Origin: an uncultured Nitrospinota bacterium
Lineage (GTDB): Bacteria; Tectomicrobia; Entotheonellia; J063; CAVPRW01
Assembly (NCBI GenBank): GCA_963707985.1
Contig: CAVPRW010000042.1
Span: 128,001-192,000, forward strand
Reading direction: 5' to 3'
DNA: 64,000 bases
Under the pieces are notes generated by a model. That model had not been told where the DNA came from and searched no databases. It was given only the letters and a program-made list of their open reading frames with translations. Within the stretch, counting starts at the first letter, position 1. Each line of letters opens with the position of its first letter. The position numbers were made by a program, and so were the translations under genes. Of this stretch, positions 53,368 to 64,000 are shown piece by piece.

Positions 53368-54501
53368 CTAAAGGCCCAAGGAAATTGCCACCGCCTCGCG
53401 GTGGGCGTCGGAGTCATCGAAGGCGATTTCAGCCGCCTTCGCTCGTCGTGTATAGAGCTGTAGGTCGTACTCCTTGGTATAGCCGATGCCGCCATGCACC
53501 TGCTGCCCTTCCTTCACGACGCGGCGACAGGCCTCATTGGTCCAGGCTTTTGCCACCGCGATCTCTCGGCCCGCCGGTAGCCCCTCGCTCAGCAGCCAGG
53601 CAGCATGATAGGTGATATACCGTGAACCATCGACGTCGAGCACCATATTCGCCAGCTTGTGTTTGATGGCCTGAAAGCTACCGATGGGGCGACCAAATTG
53701 TACGCGTGTCTTGGCATAGTTGAGACTGATCTCAAAGGCCTGCTGGGCAATGCCCACCATCTCCGCACACTTGGCCACCGCTCCGTATTGCAAGACGTGC
53801 TCGACAATCGTCCAGCCCTTGCCTGGCTCGCCCAGCACCTGACTGCGGGGGATGGTGACATCATTGTAGACCACTTCATACTGATGGTCATCCGCGATCG
53901 TCCCCAGCTTCTCGATCGCCAGGCCAGCGCTTTTCGCGTCGACGAGGAAGAGCGTGATGCTATCCTCCGCTGGAATGCTGGTGCCAGTGCGGGCCACGGT
54001 CAGTATGTAATCGGCGACGTGTGCATAGGGTACGCACAGTTTTGTGCCGTTGAGAATGTAGTTCTCCCCCAGTGGGATGGCAGACGTTTCAATGGCCGCA
54101 GGCTGACTAGTGGCTGAGGGCTCAAGCCAGGCCATGGTGCCGATTAACTCACCCTGGGCAAATCTCGGCAGGTAGGCTCGCCTTTGCTGCTCATCACCGG
54201 CCCACAGCAGCGGGAGTCCGACTTGCACGATGGTGGACACGAACGGACCGGGAACCAGGGCACGTCCGAACTCCTCTAGAAGTACCACCAAGTCCATCAT
54301 AGTCGCACCACTACCGCCATACTCCTCCGGCAACACCAATCCGAACCACCCGAGGTCACCCATTTGCTTCCATAAATTCAGGTCATAGCCTTTGTCATCT
54401 TCCTCCATGGCACGGACCAAGCGGATCGGACACTCTTTCTGGAGGAAATCCCGCGCACTTCCCTGCAGCAGTTCTTGCTCTTCGCTCAAGCTAATATCCA
54501 T
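53368..54501 (-). CDS. Acyl-CoA dehydrogenase (short partner subunit type)
   Basis: EEFGRALVPGP, RVQFGRPIGSFQAIKHKLA, VHGGIGYT.EYDLQLY.RRAK. Confidence 0.9.
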   Translation of the reverse strand: MDISLSEEQELLQGSARDFLQKECPIRLVRAMEEDDKGYDLNLWKQMGDLGWFGLVLPEEYGGSGATMMDLVVLLEEFGRALVPGPFVSTIVQVGLPLLWAGDEQQRRAYLPRFAQGELIGTMAWLEPSATSQPAAIETSAIPLGENYILNGTKLCVPYAHVADYILTVARTGTSIPAEDSITLFLVDAKSAGLAIEKLGTIADDHQYEVVYNDVTIPRSQVLGEPGKGWTIVEHVLQYGAVAKCAEMVGIAQQAFEISLNYAKTRVQFGRPIGSFQAIKHKLANMVLDVDGSRYITYHAAWLLSEGLPAGREIAVAKAWTNEACRRVVKEGQQVHGGIGYTKEYDLQLYTRRAKAAEIAFDDSDAHREAVAISLGL

Positions 54502-54582
54502 CGCTGCCTCCGCTGTCAGACTCAGTTGCCACACGCGGGCAAAGCTCGTCAGAGACCCCACATACCAAATTCCCCAAAGAAT

Positions 54583-54625
54583 GCGAGCAGTCCCAGGGCG
54601 ACAGCAAGCGCCTGAGGCTGCTCGT
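54583..54625. repeat. Intergenic REP-like palindrome
   Basis: gcgagcagtc...cagggcg / cgcctga...ggctgctcgt between the two ACAD genes. Confidence 0.45.
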
Positions 54626-54642
54626 AGAGCCTACCGCAGCGG

Positions 54643-55821
54643 TTATCTGGGCAAACCCAGGCCGCGCTCGGCGATGATGTTGCGCTGAATCTCCGAGGTG
54701 CCGGCAGCGATCGTGCTGGAGATCGAGGTGAGATACATGTTTTCGATCTGGCCCTGTAGTGGTGCCCACTTACTGCCTGGTTTCAATTGCCCATAGAGGC
54801 CGAGCAGATCCATACCAACCTGCGCCATGCGCTGCGAGAGTTCGCTCGCGAAGGCCTTCAGGGCTGGGGATTCGGGACCGGGAACCTGCTTATTGTTGAT
54901 GGCCGTGGCAACGCGGTAGGCAATAGCACGGGCGACATCGACCTCAACCGCCATTTGCGCGAGTTTTTGCCGGATGAGCGGATTCTTCGACAGCGGCTGA
55001 CCATTGCGCTTTGTCTGCTTGGCGTAGTCGACGAGGTTTTCCAAGATGCGCTTGGCATGCATCGGGCGCTCGACACCGGCACGTTCAAACGACAGCGTCG
55101 TGGTGGCCATGTACCAGCCGCGATTCTTTTCACCCAGGAGCCCAGATCGTGGCACTCGGACATTGTCGAAGAAGACCTGATTGAAGTGATGCCCTCCTGA
55201 CATGTCGATCAACGGTTGGACGGCAACTCCCGGGCTCTTCATATCAACGAGGAAGTAGGAAATGCCTTTGTGCTTCGGCACCGTGGGATCAGTGCGGGCC
55301 AGCATAAAGATCCACGCTGAGTGTTGCGCGCCACTGGTCCAGATTTTCTGGCCATTGATCACGAAATCGTCCCCGTCCTCGACCGCCGAGGTCTGCAGGG
55401 AGGCCAAGTCAGAACCGGAGTTGGGCTCGCTATACCCTTGGCACCAGATCACCTCGCCGCTGGCGATGCCCGGCAGGTGCATTTTTTGCTGTTCTTCAGT
55501 GCCATATAACATGATGGTCGGGCCAAGGTAGCGAACGGCATTGATACCCACGATGGGGGCTCCGGCGTAGGCCAGTTCTTCGTAGAAAATCACTTGTTTC
55601 CAGAATGGCCAATCTTGTCCACCCAAATCCTTGGGCCAAGAAACCACCAGCCATCCACGCTTGGATAATTTCTTGGTGAACTCGTGCGCAAATCTGAATT
55701 GTTCGTCATCGTCCTGATCGTAAAAGATCTCCTTGCCCCAGCCGGGCGGTAGTTCGGCTTTCAAGTAATCCCGGACTTCCTGGCGAAAGTCGTCTTCTTC
55801 CTTAGACCACTTCCAATCCAT
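54643..55821 (-). CDS. Acyl-CoA dehydrogenase
   Basis: WCQGYSEPNSGSDLASL, NGQKIWTS, FNQVFFDNVRVP, TIAAGTSEIQRNIIAERGLGLPR. Confidence 0.92.
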   Translation of the reverse strand: MDWKWSKEEDDFRQEVRDYLKAELPPGWGKEIFYDQDDDEQFRFAHEFTKKLSKRGWLVVSWPKDLGGQDWPFWKQVIFYEELAYAGAPIVGINAVRYLGPTIMLYGTEEQQKMHLPGIASGEVIWCQGYSEPNSGSDLASLQTSAVEDGDDFVINGQKIWTSGAQHSAWIFMLARTDPTVPKHKGISYFLVDMKSPGVAVQPLIDMSGGHHFNQVFFDNVRVPRSGLLGEKNRGWYMATTTLSFERAGVERPMHAKRILENLVDYAKQTKRNGQPLSKNPLIRQKLAQMAVEVDVARAIAYRVATAINNKQVPGPESPALKAFASELSQRMAQVGMDLLGLYGQLKPGSKWAPLQGQIENMYLTSISSTIAAGTSEIQRNIIAERGLGLPR

Positions 55822-56066
55822 TGTTTGCCCTCCCCTGCTGAGGGAATTTCGCAACGCACAAGTCTACTCGCGAGCTGGGAGAACCAGCGTATCTCAGAAA
55901 TTTCGACCTGGGGTCACGAAAATGGCTAGATTCTTCGCCAGATACGGCGCCAGTGTAACAAGGTGTCTAGAGGAGGTCAAGCTTTTTAAGGGCGACAGGT
56001 GGTCGTCAGATGGACAATCGCACGGGAGAAGGCGAACATCCGCGGCGCCGAGGGATTTGTTCAGCC

Positions 56067-56876
56067 TCACGGGTTACGCATCTGCAATAGCAGCCCGCCG
56101 TGGTGCTGGATCGTCAGCGTATAACACTGGCCGGGCTGCATTTTGGCATAGACGGCCTGGCCAAATGTCGTTCGGACACGCTGTGTTTCAGCATAGGTCA
56201 CATCCTCGATAAGACGCCACAGGTCGCCCCACACGCGCTGTTGAGCGCTGCGGTCGATATCCTGCCGGACATAGGACTGGGGGATACCGTCACCTGGGCC
56301 CTCGCTGCGGTACAGCGGAAACCCCACCTGAGGTGCCATCTGTTCGGTAAAGATCCGCCGAAACATATACAAGCTCTTGGCTCGACCACCTTTGACTGCA
56401 TCACTCTCGAAGAGCGTGACGAAGGCATCGACATAAATCTCTTCGCCCGGCAAAGTAACGACCAGCGGCGGCAGGGGCTCTCCATTCTGGCGAAACTCCT
56501 GAAAGCGCACCGTTGTGCGTACCGGTTCTTCTGCTGATCGCTGCTGATCAAGAATGCAAACCTCCCCTACGCGCTGCTCACCAAGCAAGTTATGAAGATA
56601 GCGCTCATAGACCGATTTCTCGTCCCATAACTCATAGACCCAATATCCTGCCATAAGCATCAGCCCAAGCACACTTATCAGGAGGAGAGTGCGCAGAAGA
56701 CTCAAGGCGCGCTCGAACACGGCCAGGCTGCGGGAAATTCCCCCCATGTCGTTCCCCTTTATCCCCTTATGGGACTTCTTATGGGACTTCAATGCCACCG
56801 ACACCCCCACGAAAACAACAGCGGCTATCATAACACCAGACACCACGGTAGGCCAGGCAAAGGTTGCTCCATCCAC
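56067..56876 (-). CDS. Hypothetical membrane-anchored protein (start may be ~56747)
   Basis: Long ORF with an N-terminal TM segment. Confidence 0.6.
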   Translation of the reverse strand: MDGATFAWPTVVSGVMIAAVVFVGVSVALKSHKKSHKGIKGNDMGGISRSLAVFERALSLLRTLLLISVLGLMLMAGYWVYELWDEKSVYERYLHNLLGEQRVGEVCILDQQRSAEEPVRTTVRFQEFRQNGEPLPPLVVTLPGEEIYVDAFVTLFESDAVKGGRAKSLYMFRRIFTEQMAPQVGFPLYRSEGPGDGIPQSYVRQDIDRSAQQRVWGDLWRLIEDVTYAETQRVRTTFGQAVYAKMQPGQCYTLTIQHHGGLLLQMRNP

Positions 56877-57858
56877 ATTAGCCCAAACCTGACAAGGGGA
56901 AAAATGCCAGCCTGCGAGACTCCCTGAAGGATACGGCGGCCAATCCTGGCATCTTTCAGGTCATAACACATGGCTGAGCTTATATCTGAATTTTCAAAAA
57001 GCGTCCTGCATTTTTCTTGACACCCGTGCATACCATGGTGTAGAGAAGGGTAAAGTGGCTGCTCCCACTGGCGTGGGTTGGTCCCTCCTACCGTATTGGC
57101 TGATGAGAACTTTGCGCCCGACTGTTGAGCGAGCGATGCTGCGGAAGTTCCAGAGCCAGGCAGTTTCTCATGCTTCGCTGCACCCTGGCATCCCAGCTTA
57201 TCGGTGACAATCAGGTGACAATCAATGGTAGGTCACACCCCTCCGGGTTCTATCGGTCGTCCATCCATAGGATACCGGCGGTACCAGTGATGGCCATCTG
57301 ATAGCGCAAGCTCCGGTCCCAATATGGAAAATAACTTCCTCGGTCATTCGGTCACGATGATACTATGTTCTCGCGTCGCCGCTTCAACGTTATGCTAGCA
57401 CAGGTAGGAGTGGCAGCGGAGCCGAACGCTGGGGCTGATAACCTCCGCGGGAAAACGCTGACGCGTGTACTGGTCGGTTCTGGATGCTTGACGATTTCCA
57501 CTGGGATTCCTGGGTGTCCCTAGTGCCCAGTCGATGAGTTCACCTACATAGGAACCACCCACTCCGAGATACTCCAGGCATGAGAAATGCTTCTTGGAGA
57601 CGCCTAGCGGGCGCCTGATTGGCGCCATCGTGATCCTGGGTGGCAGCGGCGTGGACTACCAATCCAGTGTTCATGGTGTTGCCTCGTGTGAATAACTACG
57701 TCGGTCGCTAACTATGCGCATTAGGGTTCGGATGAGTCACGCTTTCTGAACGCCATCTAGGCACGGTGGGTTTTGGCCTTCAAGGCCCCCGGTCACTCCA
57801 CGAGGCGCTGGGGCAGCCTGGCGAACTCCTCTTTAGTCTGGTGCGGAGGTTGTCCATT

Positions 57859-59649
57859 ATGGACAGGTTAATTGTAGCCGTAACCCCGGATTCGCTGAAT
57901 TCTATTAGGAAATACGTTACGACGGCCGCTGCTGCCGCGGACTTGGAGAAAAAAGCTGCCAGTCAGCTATGTCGAGCGGTGGACGAAATCGCTACGAGTG
58001 CTATGGCGCACGGCCATGCCGGGGTGAGTGACAAAGATGTGTGGCGCGTGCAGGCCCATATCGACCAGAAATCCTTGACCATCACCCTTGAGGATCGAGG
58101 AGAACCATATGATCCGTATCGGAACTCATCCCGACTGGCCTCAGACGCGTCATTTGAAGATGGGCTGGATCACACGCTACAGGGAGTCGATGAGTTCCGG
58201 TACCAACGCGTTGGAGATTGGAATCGCAACATCTTTGTAATAAAGCGTGCAGTGGTTTCAGCAGAGACCAGCTCGCAGAGCGAGAAGTTGGCCGATGATC
58301 TCATCCGTGTCATTCTTCCTATTGGCATTGCCCTATCGGCGGAGAAGGATTTGGACCGGCTGTTAGAGAGCATCTTGATCCAGGCTAAGTCGGTCTGCAA
58401 CGCAGATGGTGGCACCCTGTATCTACCGGAGGACAACTGCCTCAAGTTCGCCATTATGCATAATGACTCGCTGAATATCACAATGGGCGGGGCTACGGGC
58501 GAAAAGATGCCCTACCTCATGGTACCCCTATATGACGCGACATCAAACAAACCCAATTACAACAACGTCGCTTCCTACGTTGCTCTGTGTGGTCACTCAG
58601 TCAATATCCCCGACATCTATCAGGCGAAGGATTTCGACTTTTCTGGAACCAGGGCGTTTGACCAAAAGAACAATTACCGTTCTATGTCTACGTTTACCAC
58701 CCCCCTCAAAAACCACGACGACGAAGTAATCGGGGTGCTTCAACTGATCAACGCCCAGGACTCCCGAACGGATCGAGTCATTCCCTTTGACTCATATATG
58801 CAACAGCTGGTTGAAGCGTTGGCTTCACAGGCCGCTGTCGTCCTGAACAACCGAATACTCTTAGAACGCCAGAAAGAACTGCTAATCTATGAGCACGACT
58901 TAGAAATCGGCCAACAAATTCAGACCAATTTCCTACCGAGTGAGCTCCCCCAGCCCTCTGGTTGGGAAATTGCTGCCCGCTTCCGTCCCGCGCGCAAGGT
59001 AGCAGGAGATTTCTACGATGCATTCTACGTTGAGGGCGGGACCAAGGTCTGCCTAATCATCGCTGACGTTTGTGACAAGGGGGTCGGTGCGGCGCTTTTC
59101 ATGGCGCTCTCTCGCAGCCTGATCCGGGCCTTCACCGGAGTGAATGAGAACGGCACGACGCGCGTCAAGAACCCTGTCGAACTAACCAATGACTATATTT
59201 CGCAGAATCACGAAAATTCAAATATGTTTGTCACGCTGTTTTACGGTGTGCTGGAACTGGCTAGCGGTCGGCTGTCCTATGTGAACTGTGGGCACAATCC
59301 CCCCATCATCGTCGGTGCAGCGGGTTTCAAGGCACACCTCCAACCCACTGGCCCCGCGGTCGGCATGTTCCCGGAAATCGAATTCAAAATGCAGCAGGCT
59401 GACTTGGAACCGGGGGATGTCCTGTTTACATTCACGGACGGGGTCACCGAGGCCCATGATGCGAACGGCAGTTTCTTCACCGAGAAGCGCCTGCTGCAAC
59501 TGCTCGAGCAGCCGGCCCCGTCTGTGGTGGCGTTGTTGGACCGCATCGACGAGAGCCTGCGCTCCCACATTGGTGCCGCCACTCAATTCGACGATATCAC
59601 CATGATCGCTGCAAGGCGGCAACCTGCGCTCGACGCAGAGCCAAGGTAG
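57859..59649 (+). CDS. RsbW-like HATPase + GAF + SpoIIE (PP2C) phosphatase
   Basis: AVDEIATSAMAHG, GAF ADGGTLY...IGVLQLINA, VAGDFYD, IADVCDKGVGAALFM, FTDGVTEA, QFDDIT. Confidence 0.9.
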   Translation: MDRLIVAVTPDSLNSIRKYVTTAAAAADLEKKAASQLCRAVDEIATSAMAHGHAGVSDKDVWRVQAHIDQKSLTITLEDRGEPYDPYRNSSRLASDASFEDGLDHTLQGVDEFRYQRVGDWNRNIFVIKRAVVSAETSSQSEKLADDLIRVILPIGIALSAEKDLDRLLESILIQAKSVCNADGGTLYLPEDNCLKFAIMHNDSLNITMGGATGEKMPYLMVPLYDATSNKPNYNNVASYVALCGHSVNIPDIYQAKDFDFSGTRAFDQKNNYRSMSTFTTPLKNHDDEVIGVLQLINAQDSRTDRVIPFDSYMQQLVEALASQAAVVLNNRILLERQKELLIYEHDLEIGQQIQTNFLPSELPQPSGWEIAARFRPARKVAGDFYDAFYVEGGTKVCLIIADVCDKGVGAALFMALSRSLIRAFTGVNENGTTRVKNPVELTNDYISQNHENSNMFVTLFYGVLELASGRLSYVNCGHNPPIIVGAAGFKAHLQPTGPAVGMFPEIEFKMQQADLEPGDVLFTFTDGVTEAHDANGSFFTEKRLLQLLEQPAPSVVALLDRIDESLRSHIGAATQFDDITMIAARRQPALDAEPR

Positions 59650-60175
59650 CGTTGGCGCGCTATGCGCAAGTACACACTGTGTGGTACAATGGGCGGCCCG
59701 TGATGATCCAGGACAGCTGTCCTTACCTAGATTCTGTGTTGAGGCCACCAAGACTTTGTGCCCTGACCCACCCGTCTGATGGATCCAAGCATGACTCGAT
59801 TGTCATAGTCGGTGACGGAGCAGAAGTTGCGGGGCCAGACTCTATAATATGGGACCCCCACCTTGTCTTGGCGTACATTTTCCGTGATGTGATGTGCCGC
59901 AACAGTGCGTATATCGGTAGGCAGAGGAAACATCTGTGAGTCTTGACTCTCGGTTTATCAACTGGCGATCCGTGAGAAATTCGTATCTGAACGACTTAGC
60001 TCATAGTGGAAGCTCTGGTGATTGGGTTTAGACGACCTGCATGGTGAACCTGATGGTGTCGAGGGAAGGAGATCCCCCGCGCTTATGGCCCTCAGAGGAG
60101 CGTCTGCCAGCGCTCATCTTACATGGCCGTGTGAGTGCTGATAAACAAGGGCGACTAGATCAGGAGTCGAAAGAC

Positions 60176-61882
60176 ATGGCTAATAAAACCGGCCGTTTTG
60201 CGATTATCGAGCAATTCCTCGCCGATGGTCTTCATTATATGTTCGGCAATCCGGGTACCGTGGAGCAAGGTTTTCTTGACGCCTTGTGGGACTACCCGGA
60301 GATGAAATACATCCTGACGCTGCAAGAAACGGTTGCAGTGATGGTGGCGGACGGCTACGCCCGCTCCACCAAGAGACCGACCCTCGTGCAGATACACAGT
60401 ACACCTGGATTAGGCAATGCGATTGGAGCGCTGTATCAGGCCAAGCGAGGACGTTCCCCATTGCTGGTGATCGGTGGAGACGCAGGTGTCAAATACCAGG
60501 CCATGGACTCGCAAATGGCGGGTGATTTGGTGGCGTTGGCCGAGCCTGTGACCAAATGGGCAACGATGGTCCTGGACCCATCCTCGTTACTCCGCGTTTT
60601 GCGCAGGGCAATTAAAATCGCCGCGACTCCACCGATGGGGCCTGTTTATGTCTGTTTGCCACAGGACATTCTGGATGCTCCCGTTGTAGAAGAGGTGCGA
60701 TCAACCTCATTCCCATCCACCAGAGTAGTCCCCGACGAGGAGTCCTTGCAGGCTGCAGCCACAATCCTTGCGCGGGCTCAAAAGCCTATAATCTTGGTGG
60801 GAGATGGGGTGGCCTTTTCAGGAGCGCAGGCTGAACTGACCCAGATGGCGGAAATGCTAGGTGCGGAGGTATGGGAAGCGGATGCTGGCGAATTAAACAT
60901 GAGCCATGCCCATCCCCTTTATCAAGGTTCGACTGGGCATATGTTTGGCTCTCAAAGCCTGCCCATTACCTCGAAAGGAGATGTCATCCTCATATGCGGA
61001 ACATACCTGCTGCCAGAGGTTTTCCCGGAACTGGGAAATATCTTTGCGCCAGGGGCAAAGATCATCCATATCGATCTCAATGCTTATGAGATTGCCAAAA
61101 ACCATCCGGTCGATTTAGGGCTGGTCAGCGATCCGAAACTGACCCTTGCAAAGCTGGCGACCGCCCTTGAAGCAATCAGAACGCCTGAGCAGAGAGAAGC
61201 TACCCAGGCTCGAACCGTTGAGATTGCCAAAGTAAAAGAGGGGAGGCTGACTAGTCAGTTGGAGGGTGATAAGGGCATTCGCGATCACGTACCTCTGCAC
61301 TTTGCGCGTTTCATGGAGGAATTGACGGCGCAACTACCAGAGGATGCGATTATTTTCGATGAAGCCTTGACCAATTCGCCCCCGATTGAACGATACCGAC
61401 CTGCAACCAAACCGGGGCACTATTTTCTCACCCGTGGTGGCTCTCTAGGGGTAGGGATTCCGGGAGCGATTGGGGTCAAACTCGCCAACCCTGACAAGAC
61501 AGTGATCGGGTTTACGGGTGACGGCGGCGCTATGTACACGATCCAAGCGCTCTGGTCAGCAGCTCGGCACAACGTGGATGCCAAATTTGTTATCTGCAAT
61601 AACCGCTCTTACAGGTTACTGCAGGCGAACATCCAAGCTTACTGGAAGGAGCGGCAGATACCGGAGCATGATTTTCCGCTGAGTTTCGATTTATCCAGTC
61701 CTATCATACGTTTTGATGAGATGGCTCGGTCAATGGATGTCCCAGGGATTCGGGTGGAAAAACCCGAGGAAATAGCCCCAGCCATCCGACAGGCATTAAC
61801 CCACAAGGGGCCATTTCTCATCGATCTAGTCCTGGAAGGGAATGTGCACCCTGAAATGATTGGCCTCAGGTGCGGACAATAG
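60176..61882 (+). CDS. Thiamine-pyrophosphate-binding protein (benzoylformate decarboxylase-like)
   Basis: FGNPGTVE, LQETVAV..ADGYAR, GGSLGVG, GDGGAMY...NN. Confidence 0.92.
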   Translation: MANKTGRFAIIEQFLADGLHYMFGNPGTVEQGFLDALWDYPEMKYILTLQETVAVMVADGYARSTKRPTLVQIHSTPGLGNAIGALYQAKRGRSPLLVIGGDAGVKYQAMDSQMAGDLVALAEPVTKWATMVLDPSSLLRVLRRAIKIAATPPMGPVYVCLPQDILDAPVVEEVRSTSFPSTRVVPDEESLQAAATILARAQKPIILVGDGVAFSGAQAELTQMAEMLGAEVWEADAGELNMSHAHPLYQGSTGHMFGSQSLPITSKGDVILICGTYLLPEVFPELGNIFAPGAKIIHIDLNAYEIAKNHPVDLGLVSDPKLTLAKLATALEAIRTPEQREATQARTVEIAKVKEGRLTSQLEGDKGIRDHVPLHFARFMEELTAQLPEDAIIFDEALTNSPPIERYRPATKPGHYFLTRGGSLGVGIPGAIGVKLANPDKTVIGFTGDGGAMYTIQALWSAARHNVDAKFVICNNRSYRLLQANIQAYWKERQIPEHDFPLSFDLSSPIIRFDEMARSMDVPGIRVEKPEEIAPAIRQALTHKGPFLIDLVLEGNVHPEMIGLRCGQ

Positions 61883-62154
61883 GTGAGCCATCTATAGGTT
61901 AGCAGATGCAGTCCTGGCCAACAGGGAGGCGGGATCCTTTGGGCTCGTGCGGTTGGGAAGCCATGGTCCATAGAGAGAGCATGGCGCATAGCTAGACCTC
62001 GTGAAGGACGAGGTCACGCGTGCGGAGCCAAAATCCCCCTTTATGAGATCATGACCGCGTCCATAGGGCAACGCGGGTTGGACTGAAATGATGGATCTGA
62101 GACTGACAAGTCCTGACAACGGAGCAAGTCAGATGACCCGAAGGAGGTAACCCA

Positions 62155-63978
62155 ATGGACCCTATGCGCTTCTCGTTCTCGGACACCATTGCCGGATATG
62201 TGACCGGATACGACCGGGATAAAGACACGTTTGGCCTCAAAACCACCGACGGACGGGATTACCAAGTCAAATTCGCCTCTGGGACCTACGGCTGGATTGT
62301 CAACAACCTGAATGAACCGCGGACCTGGACCAGCCAGGATCAGATGCGGGGGCTGTTGGTGCCCGGTCGCTACTTGTTTGTGTACGGGATTTATTATCCC
62401 GAACATAGTGGGTTCACTTATGAAGCCCAGTTTATGATCTTTCCGGGCCGCAGAGAAGATAACTATGTCTTCGAACGGCAGGATTGGTGGACCAAGCAGG
62501 TGGCGGCCATTGCTGACTTTTACCTGAAGGCCCAATTCCAGGGTAAACCCATTAATTACGATGATTACCGTACCATTATCCGCCTGACCGGCGAAAAGGA
62601 AGCGGACAACTATCGCCAGGAAACCGACACCATCTCCCGCTTGGTCTACGGCTTTGCCTCAGCTTACCTGATGACCGGCGACGATCGTTATCTGGAAGGG
62701 GCTGAGAAAGGCACCGAATATCTGCGCGAGCACATGCGCTTCTATGATGCCGATGAGAAAGTGGTCTATTGGTATCACGGCATCGATGTTCAAGGACAGC
62801 GTGAGACGAAAGTCTTTGCCTCGGAATTTGGCGATGACTTTGACGCGATACCGGCCTACGAGCAAATCTATGCGCTGGCCGGTCCTATTCAAACCTATCG
62901 CATCACCGGCGACCCACGCATTCTGCAAGACGCCGAGTTAACGGTTGACCTGTTCGACCGCTTTTTCCTCGACAGGTCCAAGGGTGGATATTTCTCGCAC
63001 CTTGATCCGATTACGCTCGATCCGCGGAGCGAGGCCCTGGGCGCGAACAAAGGCAAGAAGAACTGGAACTCCGTGGGCGACCACGCCCCCGCCTATCTGA
63101 TTAACCTCTACCTGGCCACCGGCGAGAGACGCTACGCCGATTTCTTGGAATACACTTTTGATACGATCGCCCAGTATTTCCCGGACTACGACCATAGCCC
63201 CTTTGTCCAGGAGAAATTTTACGAGGATTGGTCGCACGACACCACCCATATGTGGCAGCAAAACCGGGGGGTGGTTGGCCATAACCTTAAGATTGCCTGG
63301 AACTTGATGCGCATGCACAGCCTGAAGCCCAAACAGAAGTACGAGGACATAGTCCGGCGCATCGCCGCCGAAATGCCGAAAGTCGGGATGGATAGGCAAC
63401 GCGGGGGCTGGTACGATGTGATGGAGCGCGTGCTGCGGGGTGATGAAGAAGTGCGCCGCTTTGCTTTCCACGACCGCAAAGCCTGGTGGCAGCAAGAACA
63501 GGGCATCCTGGCTTATCTGATCTTGCATGGCGTGTTGCGCGATACGGAGTACCAGAGACTGGCCCGCGAGTCGGCCGCCTTCTATAACGCCTTTTTCTTG
63601 GATCACGACGATGGCGGCGTATTCTTTAATGTCTTAGCCAACGGCATCCCCTACCTGATGGGGACGGAGCGCTTCAAGGGCAGCCACTCTATGAGTGGGT
63701 ATCACTCTACCGAACTATGCTACCTGGCGGCTACGTACACCAACTTGCTTATTACCAAGCAGCCGCTGGAATTGTACTTCAAGCCTTATCCGGGAGGCTT
63801 CAAGCGCAATATTCTGCGGGTATCGCCCGACATCCTGCCGCCCGGCAGCATACACCTCAGTGAGGTGTGGGTCAACGGGGAGCCGTATACTCATTTCGAG
63901 GCTGATAACCTTACGGTAACGGTTCCGGATAGCAAAGAAGCCGTGCAAATTAAGGTGCGCATTGAGCCCACACAGTAA
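62155..63978 (+). CDS. AGE-family epimerase/isomerase (N-acyl-D-glucosamine 2-epimerase-like) with extra N- and C-terminal domains
   Basis: SRLVYGFA, KNWNSVGDH, VGHNLKIAW, KAWWQQEQ, KGSHSMSGYH. Confidence 0.85.
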   Translation: MDPMRFSFSDTIAGYVTGYDRDKDTFGLKTTDGRDYQVKFASGTYGWIVNNLNEPRTWTSQDQMRGLLVPGRYLFVYGIYYPEHSGFTYEAQFMIFPGRREDNYVFERQDWWTKQVAAIADFYLKAQFQGKPINYDDYRTIIRLTGEKEADNYRQETDTISRLVYGFASAYLMTGDDRYLEGAEKGTEYLREHMRFYDADEKVVYWYHGIDVQGQRETKVFASEFGDDFDAIPAYEQIYALAGPIQTYRITGDPRILQDAELTVDLFDRFFLDRSKGGYFSHLDPITLDPRSEALGANKGKKNWNSVGDHAPAYLINLYLATGERRYADFLEYTFDTIAQYFPDYDHSPFVQEKFYEDWSHDTTHMWQQNRGVVGHNLKIAWNLMRMHSLKPKQKYEDIVRRIAAEMPKVGMDRQRGGWYDVMERVLRGDEEVRRFAFHDRKAWWQQEQGILAYLILHGVLRDTEYQRLARESAAFYNAFFLDHDDGGVFFNVLANGIPYLMGTERFKGSHSMSGYHSTELCYLAATYTNLLITKQPLELYFKPYPGGFKRNILRVSPDILPPGSIHLSEVWVNGEPYTHFEADNLTVTVPDSKEAVQIKVRIEPTQ

Positions 63979-64000
63979 TTTCATGAACCAGTCGTCACTG

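Noticed and set aside
57100..57160. CTGATGA as a hammerhead ribozyme or fluoride riboswitch core
   Set aside because: No GAAA after the stem and no fluoride-riboswitch 5' consensus; kept only as an unassigned RNA candidate.

Overview
GC-rich bacterial DNA; the gene and IS content resembles Tectomicrobia/Entotheonella-like or SAR202-like genomes, but that is inference only. Many genes between 1 and ~49.5 kb carry single-base indels, which could be long-read errors or decay. Layout: (1) 1-7.5 kb, a DUF499 ATPase / DUF3780-like / DUF1156 methylase restriction-like defence operon running off the left edge. (2) 8.4-15.6 kb, acyl-CoA catabolic genes. (3) 16-50 kb, an IS-riddled sulfur/metal island: CoA-persulfide reductase-rhodanese, TauE, DsrE, PCuAC, ChrA, LacI, TPR protein, four-domain rhodanese, thiol dioxygenases, sulfite-oxidase-family enzyme, DUF1800/DUF1501/NHL, persulfide dioxygenase-like MBL and a c-type cytochrome. 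(4) 50.4-64 kb, intact housekeeping-like genes plus a PP2C / TPP enzyme / AGE-epimerase cluster. The main result is not visible in the ORF track. Within 4.5 kb (40.8-45.3 kb), four in-frame TGA codons fall where a Cys is known or expected, and each is followed 16-19 nt later by a SECIS-like hairpin. They predict three selenoproteins: a signal-less periplasmic-binding-fold protein, a UxxC DsrE protein, and a MerB-like lyase with Sec at both catalytic Cys positions. A duplicated promoter plus LacI-type operator links the LacI gene to the DUF1800 operon containing the first of these. No selA/B/C/D, tRNA, rRNA or CRISPR array was seen.
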